Of a stretch of 57,828 nucleotides of DNA, positions 16,611-27,210 are shown piece after piece. Position numbers and translations under genes: made by a program. Each line of letters opens with the position of its first letter. Positions within the stretch are counted from its first letter, which is position 1. The DNA lies in NCBI GenBank assembly GCA_948629335.1, contig CAPHZB010000002.1, forward strand, positions 1 through 57,828. Direction: 5' to 3'. The notes beneath the pieces are model-generated. The model did no database searches and had not been told where the DNA came from. It saw nothing but the letters and a program-made list of their open reading frames with translations. Source of the stretch: an uncultured Bacilli bacterium (GTDB taxonomy: Bacteria; Bacillota_I; Bacilli_A; RF39; UBA660).

Positions 16611-18392
16611 ATGCTTGAAAATTACACACTTTCTACAGAAAAATTAAATGAAATCAGAACAAGTGTAGACATTGTAGATGTCATCAGCGAATATTTACCT
16701 CTTACAGCAAGAGGGCAGAACTTTTTTGGCGTTTGTCCGTTTCACGATGACCATTCTCCAAGTATGAGCGTCAATCGAGATAGACAAATCTATAAATGTT
16801 TCTCCTGTGGTGCTGGTGGGAATGTGTTTACCTTCATTCGCGATTATGAAAACATTACCTTTATGCAAGCAGTACAAAAGGTAGCAGCCAAAACAGGCAT
16901 CTTTGTTCCTATCTCTGGTGTGAATGAAAAAACAATACAAAAGCAAAGTAAATACCATGAAATGTATGAGATTGCGACTAAATTCTATATAAATAATTTA
17001 TATACAGAAGAAGGCCTTGAAGCTATCGCGTACTTAGACAATCGTAAAATCACGAAAGAAGCTAGAAAAGAATTTGAGATTGGTTTATCTTTAAAAAATA
17101 GTCATTTACTTACAGGTTTGTTAGAAAAAAAGGGATTTACGGAGGAAGAAATGCTAGAAAATGGACTAGCCATTTCTAAAGAAGGGGAACTTAGAGATAG
17201 CTATTTTAATCGTATTATGTTTCCACTTTTTGATTTAACAGGAAAGCCTGTTGGATTTTCGGCCCGTATTTATCGTTCAAATGATGCATCGAAATATATC
17301 AATACGAAGGAAACAAACTTTTTTAAAAAAGGAGAGTTATTGTATCACTACCATAAAGCCAAAAATGTATCACGAATGAAGGATCAGGTAATTTTGGTAG
17401 AAGGTTTTATGGATGTTATTCGTATGTTTACTGTAGGCATAGAAAACGTGGTTGCCTCTATGGGAACTTCCGTTACCAAAGAACAACTTTTACTTTTAAA
17501 AAAGATGGGAAAAGAAATCATTTTACTGTTTGATGGTGATGAAGCAGGAAGACATGCTGCTTATAAGACAAGTAGCGATCTTATGAAAATGGGAATTTAT
17601 CCAAAAATTGTTGTATTAGAGGATAATTTAGATCCAGATGAGTATATTTTAAAATATGGGAAAGAAAAAATAGAATATAAAATAGCTCATCCCATCAACA
17701 CCATTGATTTTAAATTAGAATACTTAAAAGAAAACAAAAATATATCGTCTCCTTTAGATAAAGCGAACTATATCTCTTCTGTTATTGGGGAATTAAATCA
17801 AATTACAGATCCAATTTTAAGAGAGACGACTCTTTTAAAAATTAGTGAAGAAACCTCTTTCGATGCAAACATTATACGTAGTCAACTGGTTGATATTAAA
17901 GATGTAGTGAAAGAAGTAAAAACACTACCAAAAGAAAAAAAAGAAACCTTGAAAATTAATCGGTACCAGGAAGCCGAGAGACGATTTCTATTTTATATGT
18001 TAAATCATGAGGAAGTGATAGATATCTATCAAAAAAAAGTCCAATTTCTATCTACAGAAAAATATCGATTATTAGCGAGAGAAATCAATTATTTTTATGA
18101 GGAACATGGCTATATAAAAGAAGCAGACTTTATCAATGTCATTTTAGAGGATGCAGATTTATTAAAAACATTTCATGAGATTACATCACTTGACTTAAAA
18201 GATATATATACAAAAGAAGAAATGGACGAGTATGTGGATACAATCTATGAATATAAAATTGTAAAACAAATAGATTATTTAAAGAGTGAACAAAAACTAG
18301 CAATCGACCAAGAGAAAAAGAAAAAATTGGGAGATGAAATTTTGGAACTAAAGATTGAATTACAAAAAAAGGAATTATGGGAGGAATTATGA
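16611..18392 (+). CDS. dnaG: DNA primase
   Basis: Zinc ribbon [11 protein letters not shown]...CFSCG, then a TOPRIM region ([15 protein letters not shown]). RBS AGGAGG. Confidence 0.95.
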   Translation: MLENYTLSTEKLNEIRTSVDIVDVISEYLPLTARGQNFFGVCPFHDDHSPSMSVNRDRQIYKCFSCGAGGNVFTFIRDYENITFMQAVQKVAAKTGIFVPISGVNEKTIQKQSKYHEMYEIATKFYINNLYTEEGLEAIAYLDNRKITKEARKEFEIGLSLKNSHLLTGLLEKKGFTEEEMLENGLAISKEGELRDSYFNRIMFPLFDLTGKPVGFSARIYRSNDASKYINTKETNFFKKGELLYHYHKAKNVSRMKDQVILVEGFMDVIRMFTVGIENVVASMGTSVTKEQLLLLKKMGKEIILLFDGDEAGRHAAYKTSSDLMKMGIYPKIVVLEDNLDPDEYILKYGKEKIEYKIAHPINTIDFKLEYLKENKNISSPLDKANYISSVIGELNQITDPILRETTLLKISEETSFDANIIRSQLVDIKDVVKEVKTLPKEKKETLKINRYQEAERRFLFYMLNHEEVIDIYQKKVQFLSTEKYRLLAREINYFYEEHGYIKEADFINVILEDADLLKTFHEITSLDLKDIYTKEEMDEYVDTIYEYKIVKQIDYLKSEQKLAIDQEKKKKLGDEILELKIELQKKELWEEL

Positions 18393-19465
18393 ACGAAATT
18401 AAAACATTTGATGAAAGAAAAAATGAATTACTAAAAATAGGAAAAGAAAAAGGGAAAATCACGTATGAGGAACTTGCTAATCATTTAAAGGGTTTAGAAC
18501 TTACGAGTGAAGAATTAGATGAACTTTATAACTTATTTTCTGAAAACAATATTCGAATCGTTTCAGAAGATGATAGTGACGATGAAGAAGGGGAAGCACT
18601 TCTATTGGATGATAATGCCATTACGAAGGATTTGACAATCAATGATCCTGTACGCATGTATTTAAAAGAAATAGGACAGATTAAATTACTAACAATGGAA
18701 GAGGAACTTCAACTTGCAGATCGTATCTTAGAAGGAGATAGTGAGGCGAAAGCAACACTTGCAGAAGCCAATCTTCGTCTTGTAGTTAGTATTGCAAAGC
18801 GTTATGTAGGAAGAGGAATGTTGTTTCTTGATTTGATTCAAGAAGGAAATATTGGACTCATGAAAGCGGTTGAGAAATTTGATGTATCCAAAGGATATAA
18901 ATTTTCAACCTATGCAACATGGTGGATTAGACAAGCAATTACAAGAGCAATTGCTGATCAAGCAAGAACCATTCGTGTTCCAGTACACATGGTAGAAACT
19001 ATTAATAAATTAGCCCGTATTCAACGCCAGTTAACTCTTGAACTTAACCGTGAACCAACGGAGGAAGAACTTGCTAAAAAAATGGGAACAACTCCAGATA
19101 AAATTCGTGACATCTATAAAATTAGTCAAGAACCTGTTTCTTTAGAAACTCCAATTGGAGAAGAAGATGACTCTCATTTAGGGGATTTTATTAAAGATGA
19201 GCGAAATGTATCTCCAGAAGAATATGCTACGAATGAACTTCTAAAAGATGAAATTGCAGAAGTATTACTTACTCTTACCGAAAGAGAAGAAAAAGTCATT
19301 CGCTTACGTTTTGGTTTAGATGATGGTAAAAGCAAAACGCTAGAAGAAGTAGGACAAATCTTTGGTGTAACAAGAGAACGGATTCGTCAAATTGAAGCAA
19401 AAGCATTACGTAAATTAAGACATCCTTCTCGTAGTCGTAAATTAAAAGACTATATGGGGGATTAA
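18389..19465 (+). CDS. sigA: RNA polymerase primary sigma factor (sigma-70/SigA)
   Basis: Region 2 reads [18 protein letters not shown]...[14 protein letters not shown] and region 4 reads [31 protein letters not shown] prefer the start at ATG 18389 after GGGAGG. Confidence 0.95.
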   Translation: MNEIKTFDERKNELLKIGKEKGKITYEELANHLKGLELTSEELDELYNLFSENNIRIVSEDDSDDEEGEALLLDDNAITKDLTINDPVRMYLKEIGQIKLLTMEEELQLADRILEGDSEAKATLAEANLRLVVSIAKRYVGRGMLFLDLIQEGNIGLMKAVEKFDVSKGYKFSTYATWWIRQAITRAIADQARTIRVPVHMVETINKLARIQRQLTLELNREPTEEELAKKMGTTPDKIRDIYKISQEPVSLETPIGEEDDSHLGDFIKDERNVSPEEYATNELLKDEIAEVLLTLTEREEKVIRLRFGLDDGKSKTLEEVGQIFGVTRERIRQIEAKALRKLRHPSRSRKLKDYMGD

Positions 19466-20139
19466 TGCATCTCAATCGGCGATTATTATTACTTACATCT
19501 CTTGTACCAAAGGATGTTGTTGTTTATGATATAGGTTGTGATCATGCGCTTTTAGATATATTTTTAACCCTTTATAATAACAATACATGTTATGCTATTG
19601 ATCAAAAAGAAAGCGCATTAAAAATGGCTAAAAAGAATATTGCTTTATACCACTTGGAGAAAAAGATCACAGTTTTATGTCAAGATGGATTTTTCAATCA
19701 AGAAATAAAAGAGAACAGTGTTGCAGTACTTGCAGGAATGGGGACAAGGACGATTTTAGATATTTTAAAAGGTAGAGAAGATGCTCCATTTAAAAAAATC
19801 ATTATTCAAACCAACAACGATTATGAAATTCTACGTGAATCTATGATGAAAAAAGGATACAAAATTACTTCTGAACATGTCCTTTTGGATAAAAAAATTT
19901 GGTATGTGATTATGACTTTTGAAAAAGGAAAGGCTTCTTATTCTACTTATGAATTGAAATTTGGGCCTCTTTTAAAAAAGGAAAATAGCATAAAGAGAAA
20001 TTTATATTATACGTATTTAATCGAAAAAAGAGAAGCTATTTTAAAAAAATTGCCAAGAGGACATCTTGGCAAAAAACTAGAAATAAAAAAAGAAATTGTA
20101 TGGCTTAAGCGAACAAGCAAGGTTAAAGAAAGAAAGTAG
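19465..20139 (+). CDS. trmK: tRNA (adenine22-N1)-methyltransferase TrmK-like SAM-dependent methyltransferase
   Basis: DIGCDHALL SAM-binding motif. Its position after dnaG-sigA matches Bacillus yqfN/trmK. Confidence 0.75.
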   Translation: MHLNRRLLLLTSLVPKDVVVYDIGCDHALLDIFLTLYNNNTCYAIDQKESALKMAKKNIALYHLEKKITVLCQDGFFNQEIKENSVAVLAGMGTRTILDILKGREDAPFKKIIIQTNNDYEILRESMMKKGYKITSEHVLLDKKIWYVIMTFEKGKASYSTYELKFGPLLKKENSIKRNLYYTYLIEKREAILKKLPRGHLGKKLEIKKEIVWLKRTSKVKERK

Positions 20140-20467
20140 GACCACTTTGCTTTTTAGGAACCACTTGTTGTTCTTCCCTTAAAGAATTCGTAGGCATGGA
20201 GGTAGAAGGCATAGTACTTTTAGGCGTACTAGGGGCTTCTGCCTTTTTAAATTCATTCATAACACGAAACATCGTTTTCGCATTTCTCATCATTGGTCCA
20301 GCCTGTCTTACAAGGGGAATTGCTTGATTGACGACATTTAATGTTTTACTTGTACCTGCTAAAATAGAAGAAAGATTTAAGTTTCCAAATAAACTTTTGA
20401 AAATACCTGCTTTAGGTGCTGCTGAAACGGTCGGGTAGGCCATATAATATGGGTTAAAATAATTCAT
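20123..20467 (-). CDS. YqfQ/VrrA-like small protein
   Basis: Low-complexity 114-aa protein ending in GPTFFL, in the sigA-trmK neighbourhood as in Bacillus. The family assignment is from memory. Confidence 0.45.
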   Translation of the reverse strand: MNYFNPYYMAYPTVSAAPKAGIFKSLFGNLNLSSILAGTSKTLNVVNQAIPLVRQAGPMMRNAKTMFRVMNEFKKAEAPSTPKSTMPSTSMPTNSLREEQQVVPKKQSGPTFFL

Positions 20468-20597
20468 AAATCTGCCCCTTTCTAAAATATTATATGATTT
20501 ATCAAAAAAATGTTTTACAAAAAATAAATTTGTGTTATAATTACTAATAGAATAGGTGAGTATAGTTTACCTGGAATAATACAAGGGAGATTGGAAG

Positions 20598-22535
20598 GTG
20601 TTTATTTCGATGAAATTTTTGAAATGTATTGTGAAACCTATTACTTATATAGCCAAGGGAATTTTATCCCCAGTGTTGTTATTGTTAGATCACAATGAAA
20701 ACAAAAGATTGGATGAAGCAAGTGGTAAGAATATAGAAGTATCTAAAAAACCATTAAGTCCAAGAGAAGAGAAGAGAAGACAAGCAAAATTAGAGGCACA
20801 ACGAAAGAAAAGAGAAAAAGAACAAGCCCGGGTACAAAAAAAGATAGCATCTTTATCAAAAGACCCAGTAAAACAAAAAAGGCTAATTGAAAATGAAGCA
20901 AAAAAATTAAAAGTAGCTAGAGAAAATTTAGAAAAACAAGAAAGACAACGTATAGAAAGACAAAAGAAGATTGAAGAAATTCACGCAAAACAACAAAAGA
21001 AAGAGGAAGAATTATATCGTCGTGAAAAGGCAAAACTAGAGGCAAAACAACGTAAAGAGGAATTAGCAAAACAAAGGCGAGAAGAAAAAATTCGTAAGAA
21101 ACAATTAAAGAATAGAAAAGAAAAAGACATTTATGAACAAGCAATGCCTAAGCCAGAAAAGAAGAATGAAAGCTTTTCTAAGAAGATTAAAGAGGCATTT
21201 CAAAACAATCCTTTTTCAAAAAGTGCGAAAAACAAACGAGATATTAACAGACAAGCGCTTCTTCTTGATTTTGACGGAGAAGATGCACAAAGAAGTGATA
21301 TCAAGTTAATTTACGAATATGAAGCAAAATCGCCTGAAGGAAAGTTTGTTAAAGGACATTTTGAAGCTTTCTCTAAACTAGAAGTGCATTCCTTTTTATT
21401 AAGTGAAGGTTATGAAGTTTATAAGATTCATACAAACAGGTGGGTTGCTTTAAAATATGCATCTGCTGCATCTAATAAGAGAAAATTCAAAAACAAAGAC
21501 TTAATTTTCTTTTTAACACAATTGTCTACTTATTTAAAAGCAGGTATTACTTTATCCGAATCACTTAAAATACTTGCAAGACAATTTTCAAAAACAAAGG
21601 CGTATGAAAATATTTTTAAATCAATCAATTATGAATTATCTATTGGAGAAAGTTTTTCCTCTGCACTTGATAAACAAGGGAATGCCTTTCCAAAATTATT
21701 AATCAACATGCTTAAAACAGCAGAAATGACGGGGTCTCTTCCAGAAGTTCTTGATGATATGGCAGAATATTATACACAAATGGAAGAATCAAGACGACAA
21801 TTGGTTACAGCTATGATGTATCCAACTATTGTAGGTATTTTTGCTATTGCAGTTATTACATTTATCATGGTATATGTTGTACCACAGTTTGTTGATATTT
21901 ATAACTCAATGGAGGGAACAGAAATTCCAGCATTTACTAAGGCTGTTATAGGTTTAAGTTCTTTCTTGAAACAGTATTTATTATTTTTATTGCTTGGTAT
22001 TATATTATTTGTGTTTTGTTTCTATCTATTATTCAAGAAAAACAAAACTTTTAGAAAATATGTTCAGTTAGTTACAATGAAACTTCCTATATTTGGAAAT
22101 ACAATTATTTATAGTGAAGTTACGACATTTACAAAAACATTTGGTTCTTTACTTAGTCATAACGTACCTATTGTAGATTGTATGGATATTCTAGCTAGAA
22201 TTACAAATAATGAAATCTACAAGGAAATGATTTTAAATGTTGTAGATACCCTTGCGAAAGGGGGAAAAGTTTCAGAAGCTTTTGATGGACAGTGGGCTTT
22301 CCCAATTCCAGCTTATGAAATGATTGTAACGGGTGAAAAAACAGGGGAATTAGCGGAAATGATGACAAAAGTTTCTCTATACTATCAGGATTTGCAAAAG
22401 AATGCTGTTGCACGTATTAAAACATTTATTGAGCCAGCTTTGACTGTGTTCTTAGCTGCTTGTACAGGGCTTATTGTTTTAGCAATCGTTATCCCAATGT
22501 TTAATATGTATACTGCTGTTCAGAATATGTCGTAG
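20598..22535 (+). CDS. Type IV pilus / type II secretion platform protein (GspF/PilC family) with a charged N-terminal extension of about 235 aa
   Basis: Residues from about 236 to 645 show the duplicated GspF architecture (FFLTQLSTYLKAGITL..., FTKTFGSLLSHNVPI...) with three TM segments. Residues 40 to about 190 are a K/R/E-rich helix-like tract. The start codon is ambiguous (GTG 20598 or ATG 20610). Confidence 0.85.
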   Translation: MFISMKFLKCIVKPITYIAKGILSPVLLLLDHNENKRLDEASGKNIEVSKKPLSPREEKRRQAKLEAQRKKREKEQARVQKKIASLSKDPVKQKRLIENEAKKLKVARENLEKQERQRIERQKKIEEIHAKQQKKEEELYRREKAKLEAKQRKEELAKQRREEKIRKKQLKNRKEKDIYEQAMPKPEKKNESFSKKIKEAFQNNPFSKSAKNKRDINRQALLLDFDGEDAQRSDIKLIYEYEAKSPEGKFVKGHFEAFSKLEVHSFLLSEGYEVYKIHTNRWVALKYASAASNKRKFKNKDLIFFLTQLSTYLKAGITLSESLKILARQFSKTKAYENIFKSINYELSIGESFSSALDKQGNAFPKLLINMLKTAEMTGSLPEVLDDMAEYYTQMEESRRQLVTAMMYPTIVGIFAIAVITFIMVYVVPQFVDIYNSMEGTEIPAFTKAVIGLSSFLKQYLLFLLLGIILFVFCFYLLFKKNKTFRKYVQLVTMKLPIFGNTIIYSEVTTFTKTFGSLLSHNVPIVDCMDILARITNNEIYKEMILNVVDTLAKGGKVSEAFDGQWAFPIPAYEMIVTGEKTGELAEMMTKVSLYYQDLQKNAVARIKTFIEPALTVFLAACTGLIVLAIVIPMFNMYTAVQNMS

Positions 22536-22544
22536 GAGGTTTGT

Positions 22545-23309
22545 ATGGTTGTGTATTATGCTTGTGTTATGTTTATATTTGGAGCTTGTTTTGGTTCTTT
22601 TTACAACGTGGTGGGATATAGGCTTCCAAGAAATATGTCTATCGTAACACCAGCATCACATTGCACATCCTGCAATCATAAACTAAATATAGGAGATTTA
22701 TTCCCTATATTTAGTTATTTATTTTTGAGAGGAAAATGTAGATATTGTAAAGCAAAAGTGGGTTTATTTTATCCCATTTTTGAGACAATTACAGGGTTTC
22801 TTTTTCTCTTTTGTTATTTGAAATATGGCTTTACAAAAGAACTATGGATTTCATTAATTTTTATATCTATTTCTTTGATTATTATTATTAGTGATTATCA
22901 AACGATGATTATACCAGACGAAGTCTTACTTACGGCACTTATTTTATTATTAGGTGTTTATGGCTTTGGCTATGGTATTGAAAAAGTGGGAAGCGTTCTA
23001 TTCCATGGTTTTATTGCATTTAGTCTTATGTACATTTTAAAACTTTTTGGAGACTTTTTATTTAAAAGAGAATCCATGGGTGGAGGAGATATCAAGCTCA
23101 TGTTTATTTTTGGGATGGTTCTGGGATGGCCTACCGCTGTTTTAGCAATCTTTTTCTCTGCTTTTATCGCTCTACCTGCTTCTTTATTTTTAATTAATAA
23201 GGAGAATAGTCATGAAATTCCATTTGGACCATTTTTGGTTATAGCTGCTATGATTTTACTTCTGTCAGGATTTGATATGAATAGTTTAATAGCTGTCATG
23301 ACTTATTAA
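22545..23309 (+). CDS. Prepilin peptidase (A24 family, PilD/ComC-like)
   Basis: N-terminal Cys cluster CTSCNHKL...CRYCK, a polytopic membrane body, and a GGGDIKL catalytic Asp motif. Confidence 0.9.
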   Translation: MVVYYACVMFIFGACFGSFYNVVGYRLPRNMSIVTPASHCTSCNHKLNIGDLFPIFSYLFLRGKCRYCKAKVGLFYPIFETITGFLFLFCYLKYGFTKELWISLIFISISLIIIISDYQTMIIPDEVLLTALILLLGVYGFGYGIEKVGSVLFHGFIAFSLMYILKLFGDFLFKRESMGGGDIKLMFIFGMVLGWPTAVLAIFFSAFIALPASLFLINKENSHEIPFGPFLVIAAMILLLSGFDMNSLIAVMTY

Positions 23310-23426
23310 ATAGAGATAACTCACATAGGGTTATTTTTTGTATACTAGAAAGTTGATATCTTTTATTGCTTGTGTTATACTTATTTCGTGATAAAGTTAT
23401 GCATACAATAGGAGTGGAGGTTTATT

Positions 23427-24203
23427 ATGACAGATTTTTTTTCGAAGATGAATGAGGATTATGTACAAAAACATTTTCCAGATGGTTCTGTATTGGAGAG
23501 TGCGAGGAAGACCGTTAAGCGAAGAAGTATTGGAGCTATTTTCTTCTTTGCTTTATTTTTTGTTGGGTCACTTTGGGGATTTGTGTGGTCCGTTGGTAGA
23601 ACTATTGAATCTGTATCTAGTGGAGATGATACATTAGGGGTTGGAATAGCAATTTGCGTGTTTTTTGGACTGGTTACTTTAGGCCTTTTTGCTCTACTTT
23701 ACTTTTTAATTAAGGAAAGCAGAAAAAAACGTAGTGATTATATTGCAGCTTCTGCAAAACATAGTAAATTATTAGAGAGCGAAGTCGAGGAGTTTGAGCG
23801 ACAGGCGGTCGCAACTGACTGTTATATTCTGAAACTAACGACAGGGTTAGATAGAGCACTTTCAAATGCTACCAATCCAGATGGACTACTTACAAGAGAT
23901 TATATTTATTTAGCTAATCCTGCGCAAATAATTATGCGGGTTGATCAATTGAAGGCATGTTGTTTTAGTGATTATACTTATTATATCAGTGTTGGCAATA
24001 AACAAAAAAAGATACACTGCTTGTCTATTGGTTTGATTGCTTCTAATGGAGTAAGTGTTTGTTCTGATACAACCAAAGAGGCAGGGGAGGCCCTTATGAA
24101 TCTTTTAAAAGAGAGAAATAGTGAGATGGATACCAATAATGGAGAAGTATTAAAAGAGGGTGAATTTGATAAATACAAAAAAAGAATCCTTGGGGAAAAG
24201 TAA
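23427..24203 (+). CDS. Hypothetical membrane protein (2 TM, cytoplasmic C-domain)
   Basis: Good RBS GGAGTGGAGG and two hydrophobic segments. It is locally more GC-rich than its surroundings. No motif is recognised. Confidence 0.6.
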   Translation: MTDFFSKMNEDYVQKHFPDGSVLESARKTVKRRSIGAIFFFALFFVGSLWGFVWSVGRTIESVSSGDDTLGVGIAICVFFGLVTLGLFALLYFLIKESRKKRSDYIAASAKHSKLLESEVEEFERQAVATDCYILKLTTGLDRALSNATNPDGLLTRDYIYLANPAQIIMRVDQLKACCFSDYTYYISVGNKQKKIHCLSIGLIASNGVSVCSDTTKEAGEALMNLLKERNSEMDTNNGEVLKEGEFDKYKKRILGEK

Positions 24204-24385
24204 ATAAAGAGGAGAAAATGTAAGAGAATATGAAAAGATACGCTTCATACTAGATTATAAGGAGTAAATTGAAAATAGGAAAAATATTTGTATCTGAAAT
24301 CTAAATTTTGCAGAATTCCCCTTACAAACTAGAGCGTAACTAAATTTATATAAATAATGTAAAATATTAAAAAGGAGAAAAAAAC

Positions 24386-25294
24386 ATGGAAAAGAAAGAT
24401 ATATTTCCTATTGCAATAGGATCATATGGCTTAGGAGCTTCTAGAAGTGAGTCATGGGAAGATAATAAAACAGAATTGGTAATAGATGAAAAAGAAATGC
24501 AATCAATTATATATTCATATGAAAAGGGTCAAAATTATATAGATACAAGTTACATATATGCTGGTGGACAAACTATGAAGTTTATTTCTGAGTTTATTAA
24601 AAGGGTTGATAGAAATAAATTATTTATAGCTGTTAAAATTGAAAATTTTATAGAAAAAGTAGAAGATATTGAAGAGCAATTAGATAAATATTTAGAAATT
24701 TTAGGAATAGACTATGCTGATAGTATATTATTACATACACCAAAAGCTAGTAAAATTCCTTTAAAAGATAGTTATAATGAGTTAAAAAGATTAGTAAGCA
24801 TTGGTAAAAGTAGATATATAAGTGCAAGTAATTTAAATATTGAACAATTAAAAGTAATAGTAGAAGAATTAAATATTGATTTATTTAGTTTTGAAGGATT
24901 ATATAATTTAGAATGTAAACAAAATGAAGATGTGGGAATCTTAGATTATTGTCAGAAACATAATATTTTATTTTTAAATTATCAACCATTTAGAAGAAAT
25001 AGAACAGCAAATCATAACTATCCATTGTTAGTAGAACTTGCTAATAAATATAATAAAACGCAAAATCAAATACTTTTAAATTACTATATTTATGAGAAAA
25101 AGTTAATTCCAATCACAAAGGCAAATAAGATTGAACATATAGATCTAAATTTGGAAGCATTAAATTTTAAAATGGAGAAAATTGATTACGATAGACTAAA
25201 TGAATTTAGGTGCAAAGAATTTGATGCGTTACAAGTTGATTGGCAAGACAATGGAGGAATTTCTATTTATAAGTTTGCCAATCAAGTTGAATGA
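24386..25294 (+). CDS. Aldo/keto reductase family oxidoreductase
   Basis: The IDTSYIYAGG motif and overall AKR-like layout. RBS AAAGGAG. Confidence 0.7.
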   Translation: MEKKDIFPIAIGSYGLGASRSESWEDNKTELVIDEKEMQSIIYSYEKGQNYIDTSYIYAGGQTMKFISEFIKRVDRNKLFIAVKIENFIEKVEDIEEQLDKYLEILGIDYADSILLHTPKASKIPLKDSYNELKRLVSIGKSRYISASNLNIEQLKVIVEELNIDLFSFEGLYNLECKQNEDVGILDYCQKHNILFLNYQPFRRNRTANHNYPLLVELANKYNKTQNQILLNYYIYEKKLIPITKANKIEHIDLNLEALNFKMEKIDYDRLNEFRCKEFDALQVDWQDNGGISIYKFANQVE

Positions 25295-25603
25295 AAGAAA
25301 TGAAACTTGCAATGGAAAATAATCGATAAAATTCGACAATCAACAGGGTAATGGATGCTTAAGGAAAACCACACTCAAAACTTTATAAATAAAGTGAAAT
25401 TATTAAATTCTTTTTACATATTTACTATATTTTTGCTCAATACCAAATGATAGAAGATGAGTTTTAAAATAAGGGCTGTTTTCATAATTGAAAATATAGG
25501 TATCATGTAGTCACTCCTTATAGAATAGGACAGAGCTAAGATATATATAGTTTTAAAGAAGGAAAAAGACAATGAATGTAAAATACTTCACTGTCTTTTC
25601 ATT

Positions 25604-25801
25604 TTAAATTTTTTCTTTTTGTATTTCGCATTTATGTATAATTTTTACTGAATAAGTCGTTAATATAAATACTGTGATAATAGATATGTATTGTAAAAAT
25701 AAATATTTTGTAAGTAATGAAATAGCAAATAGAAAAATAGTTATGCCAATCGTAGTACTTAACAATATTAAAAAACAATACTTATTCCAATTCATTTTCA
25801 T
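25604..25801 (-). CDS. Small membrane protein (65 aa, 2 TM)
   Basis: Hydrophobic ORF with a downstream hairpin at about 25565-25600. Confidence 0.4.
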   Translation of the reverse strand: MKMNWNKYCFLILLSTTIGITIFLFAISLLTKYLFLQYISIITVFILTTYSVKIIHKCEIQKEKI

Positions 25802-25887
25802 AAAGATTCCCCCTTAAAAATATATGTGCTATTTTAGCACATTTCCAAATTTTGTCAAATTTAGATTCAAATATAAAAATAGAACAA

Positions 25888-27105
25888 TTAATTATTCTGC
25901 AATTGTTCTATTTTATCGTATATCTTTTTTAAACTTTCCTCATATTTAGAAGTTGTCTTTGGCTTATAGTACTTTCTATGTTTTAAATTTTCAGGCAAAT
26001 ATTCTTGCTTTACAAAGCCATTTGGATAATTATGTGGGTACAAATAAGTTGTGGAATTTGTTTTAATATGATTTGGAACATTTCCTGTATTTCCTTTATG
26101 AATATCAGCAAGCGCTAAATCAAGGGCGAGATGGGCACTATTTGATTTAGGCGAAAGGGCCATTTCTATCACCATAGTTCCTAGAGGAATTCTTGCTTCA
26201 GGAAGACCCAAACGTTCACAAGCATGAATACAAGCATCTACTTTTGGACCAATGGATGGGTTAGCAAGACCAATATCTTCATAAGCAATGACAGTCATCC
26301 TTCGATAAATACTATCTAAATCTTCTGCTTCAATGAGGCGCGCTAAATAATGAAGAGAAGCATTTACGTCACTTCCACGAATGGATTTCTGGAAAGCAGA
26401 TAACACATCATAATGACCATCTTCGTCTTTATCGTGAAAAAAAACAGGTTTCGCATTGATATTTTTTATGACTTCTTTAGTAATATGAAAATCATTGGTT
26501 GCATAATACGATACCTCTAATAAATTGTAAGCACTTCGAACATCTCCACTAGACAGAGTACTAATCATTTCTAATGCATCCTCATCTATCTTAATATCCT
26601 TTAATATACCAGATTGTATTGCCTTTTTTAAGGCTTCTAAAACATCATCGCCTGATAACTCATGTAATTCGAATATTTGGCAACGACTTCGAATGGCAGG
26701 ATTAATTTTATGATAGGGGTTTGATGTAGTCATTCCAATTAAAGTAATTAATCCATTTTCTAAATAAGGAAGAAGTAAATCTTGTTTATCTTTATTTAAT
26801 CTGTGAATTTCATCCATAATCACAACCAGACCATGATTCATCTTTGCTTCCTCGATAACAATATCAAAATCCTTTTTAGAGTGAATGACTGCATTTAACA
26901 TGCGATGTTTTAAGTGTAATTCATTTACAATAGCGCTTGCTATCGTCGTTTTGCCAATGCCTGGTTTTCCATATAAAATCATAGAAAAAAGATGTTTATT
27001 TTTCACCAAATTATAGAGAACTTTTCCTTCTCCAATTAAATGTTTCTGCCCAATAATTTCTTCTATACATGTTGGTCTTAATTTAACAGCTAACGGCTCA
27101 TTCAT
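25888..27105 (-). CDS. rarA: Replication-associated recombination protein A (MgsA/RarA AAA+ ATPase)
   Basis: GKPGIGKTT Walker A and VIMDEIHRLNK Walker B, plus a conserved MgsA C-terminal region (HYDVLSAFQKSIRGSD..., AYEDIGLANP). I prefer the start at ATG 27105 (MNEPLAVKLRP) after GAGGAAG. The ORF-track extension to 27321 lacks an RBS. Confidence 0.9.
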   Translation of the reverse strand: MNEPLAVKLRPTCIEEIIGQKHLIGEGKVLYNLVKNKHLFSMILYGKPGIGKTTIASAIVNELHLKHRMLNAVIHSKKDFDIVIEEAKMNHGLVVIMDEIHRLNKDKQDLLLPYLENGLITLIGMTTSNPYHKINPAIRSRCQIFELHELSGDDVLEALKKAIQSGILKDIKIDEDALEMISTLSSGDVRSAYNLLEVSYYATNDFHITKEVIKNINAKPVFFHDKDEDGHYDVLSAFQKSIRGSDVNASLHYLARLIEAEDLDSIYRRMTVIAYEDIGLANPSIGPKVDACIHACERLGLPEARIPLGTMVIEMALSPKSNSAHLALDLALADIHKGNTGNVPNHIKTNSTTYLYPHNYPNGFVKQEYLPENLKHRKYYKPKTTSKYEESLKKIYDKIEQLQNN

Positions 27106-27162
27106 ATCATCACTTCCTCGTATTATTTTAACATGTTTTTCTAAATTATGATAGTTATTAAT

Positions 27163-27191
27163 TTGACAAGAATTTAAAGTGAGTTTATAAT
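27163..27191 (+). promoter_or_regulatory. Consensus sigma-A promoter
   Basis: TTGACA (27163-27168), a 17-nt spacer, then TATAAT (27186-27191). Confidence 0.7.
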
Positions 27192-27210
27192 AGCAAAACA
27201 AGTGAAAGGG

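Noticed and set aside
16387-16629. 80-aa minus-strand ORF upstream of dnaG.
   Set aside because: It overlaps the dnaG RBS and start, has no convincing RBS of its own, and is low-complexity hydrophobic sequence typical of AT-rich intergenic DNA.
20720-21170. The K/R/E-rich part of the PilC-like gene might be a tandem DNA repeat or a separate gene.
   Set aside because: I see no exact nucleotide repeat unit, and the frame is continuous with the GspF domain. I treat it as a low-complexity protein extension.
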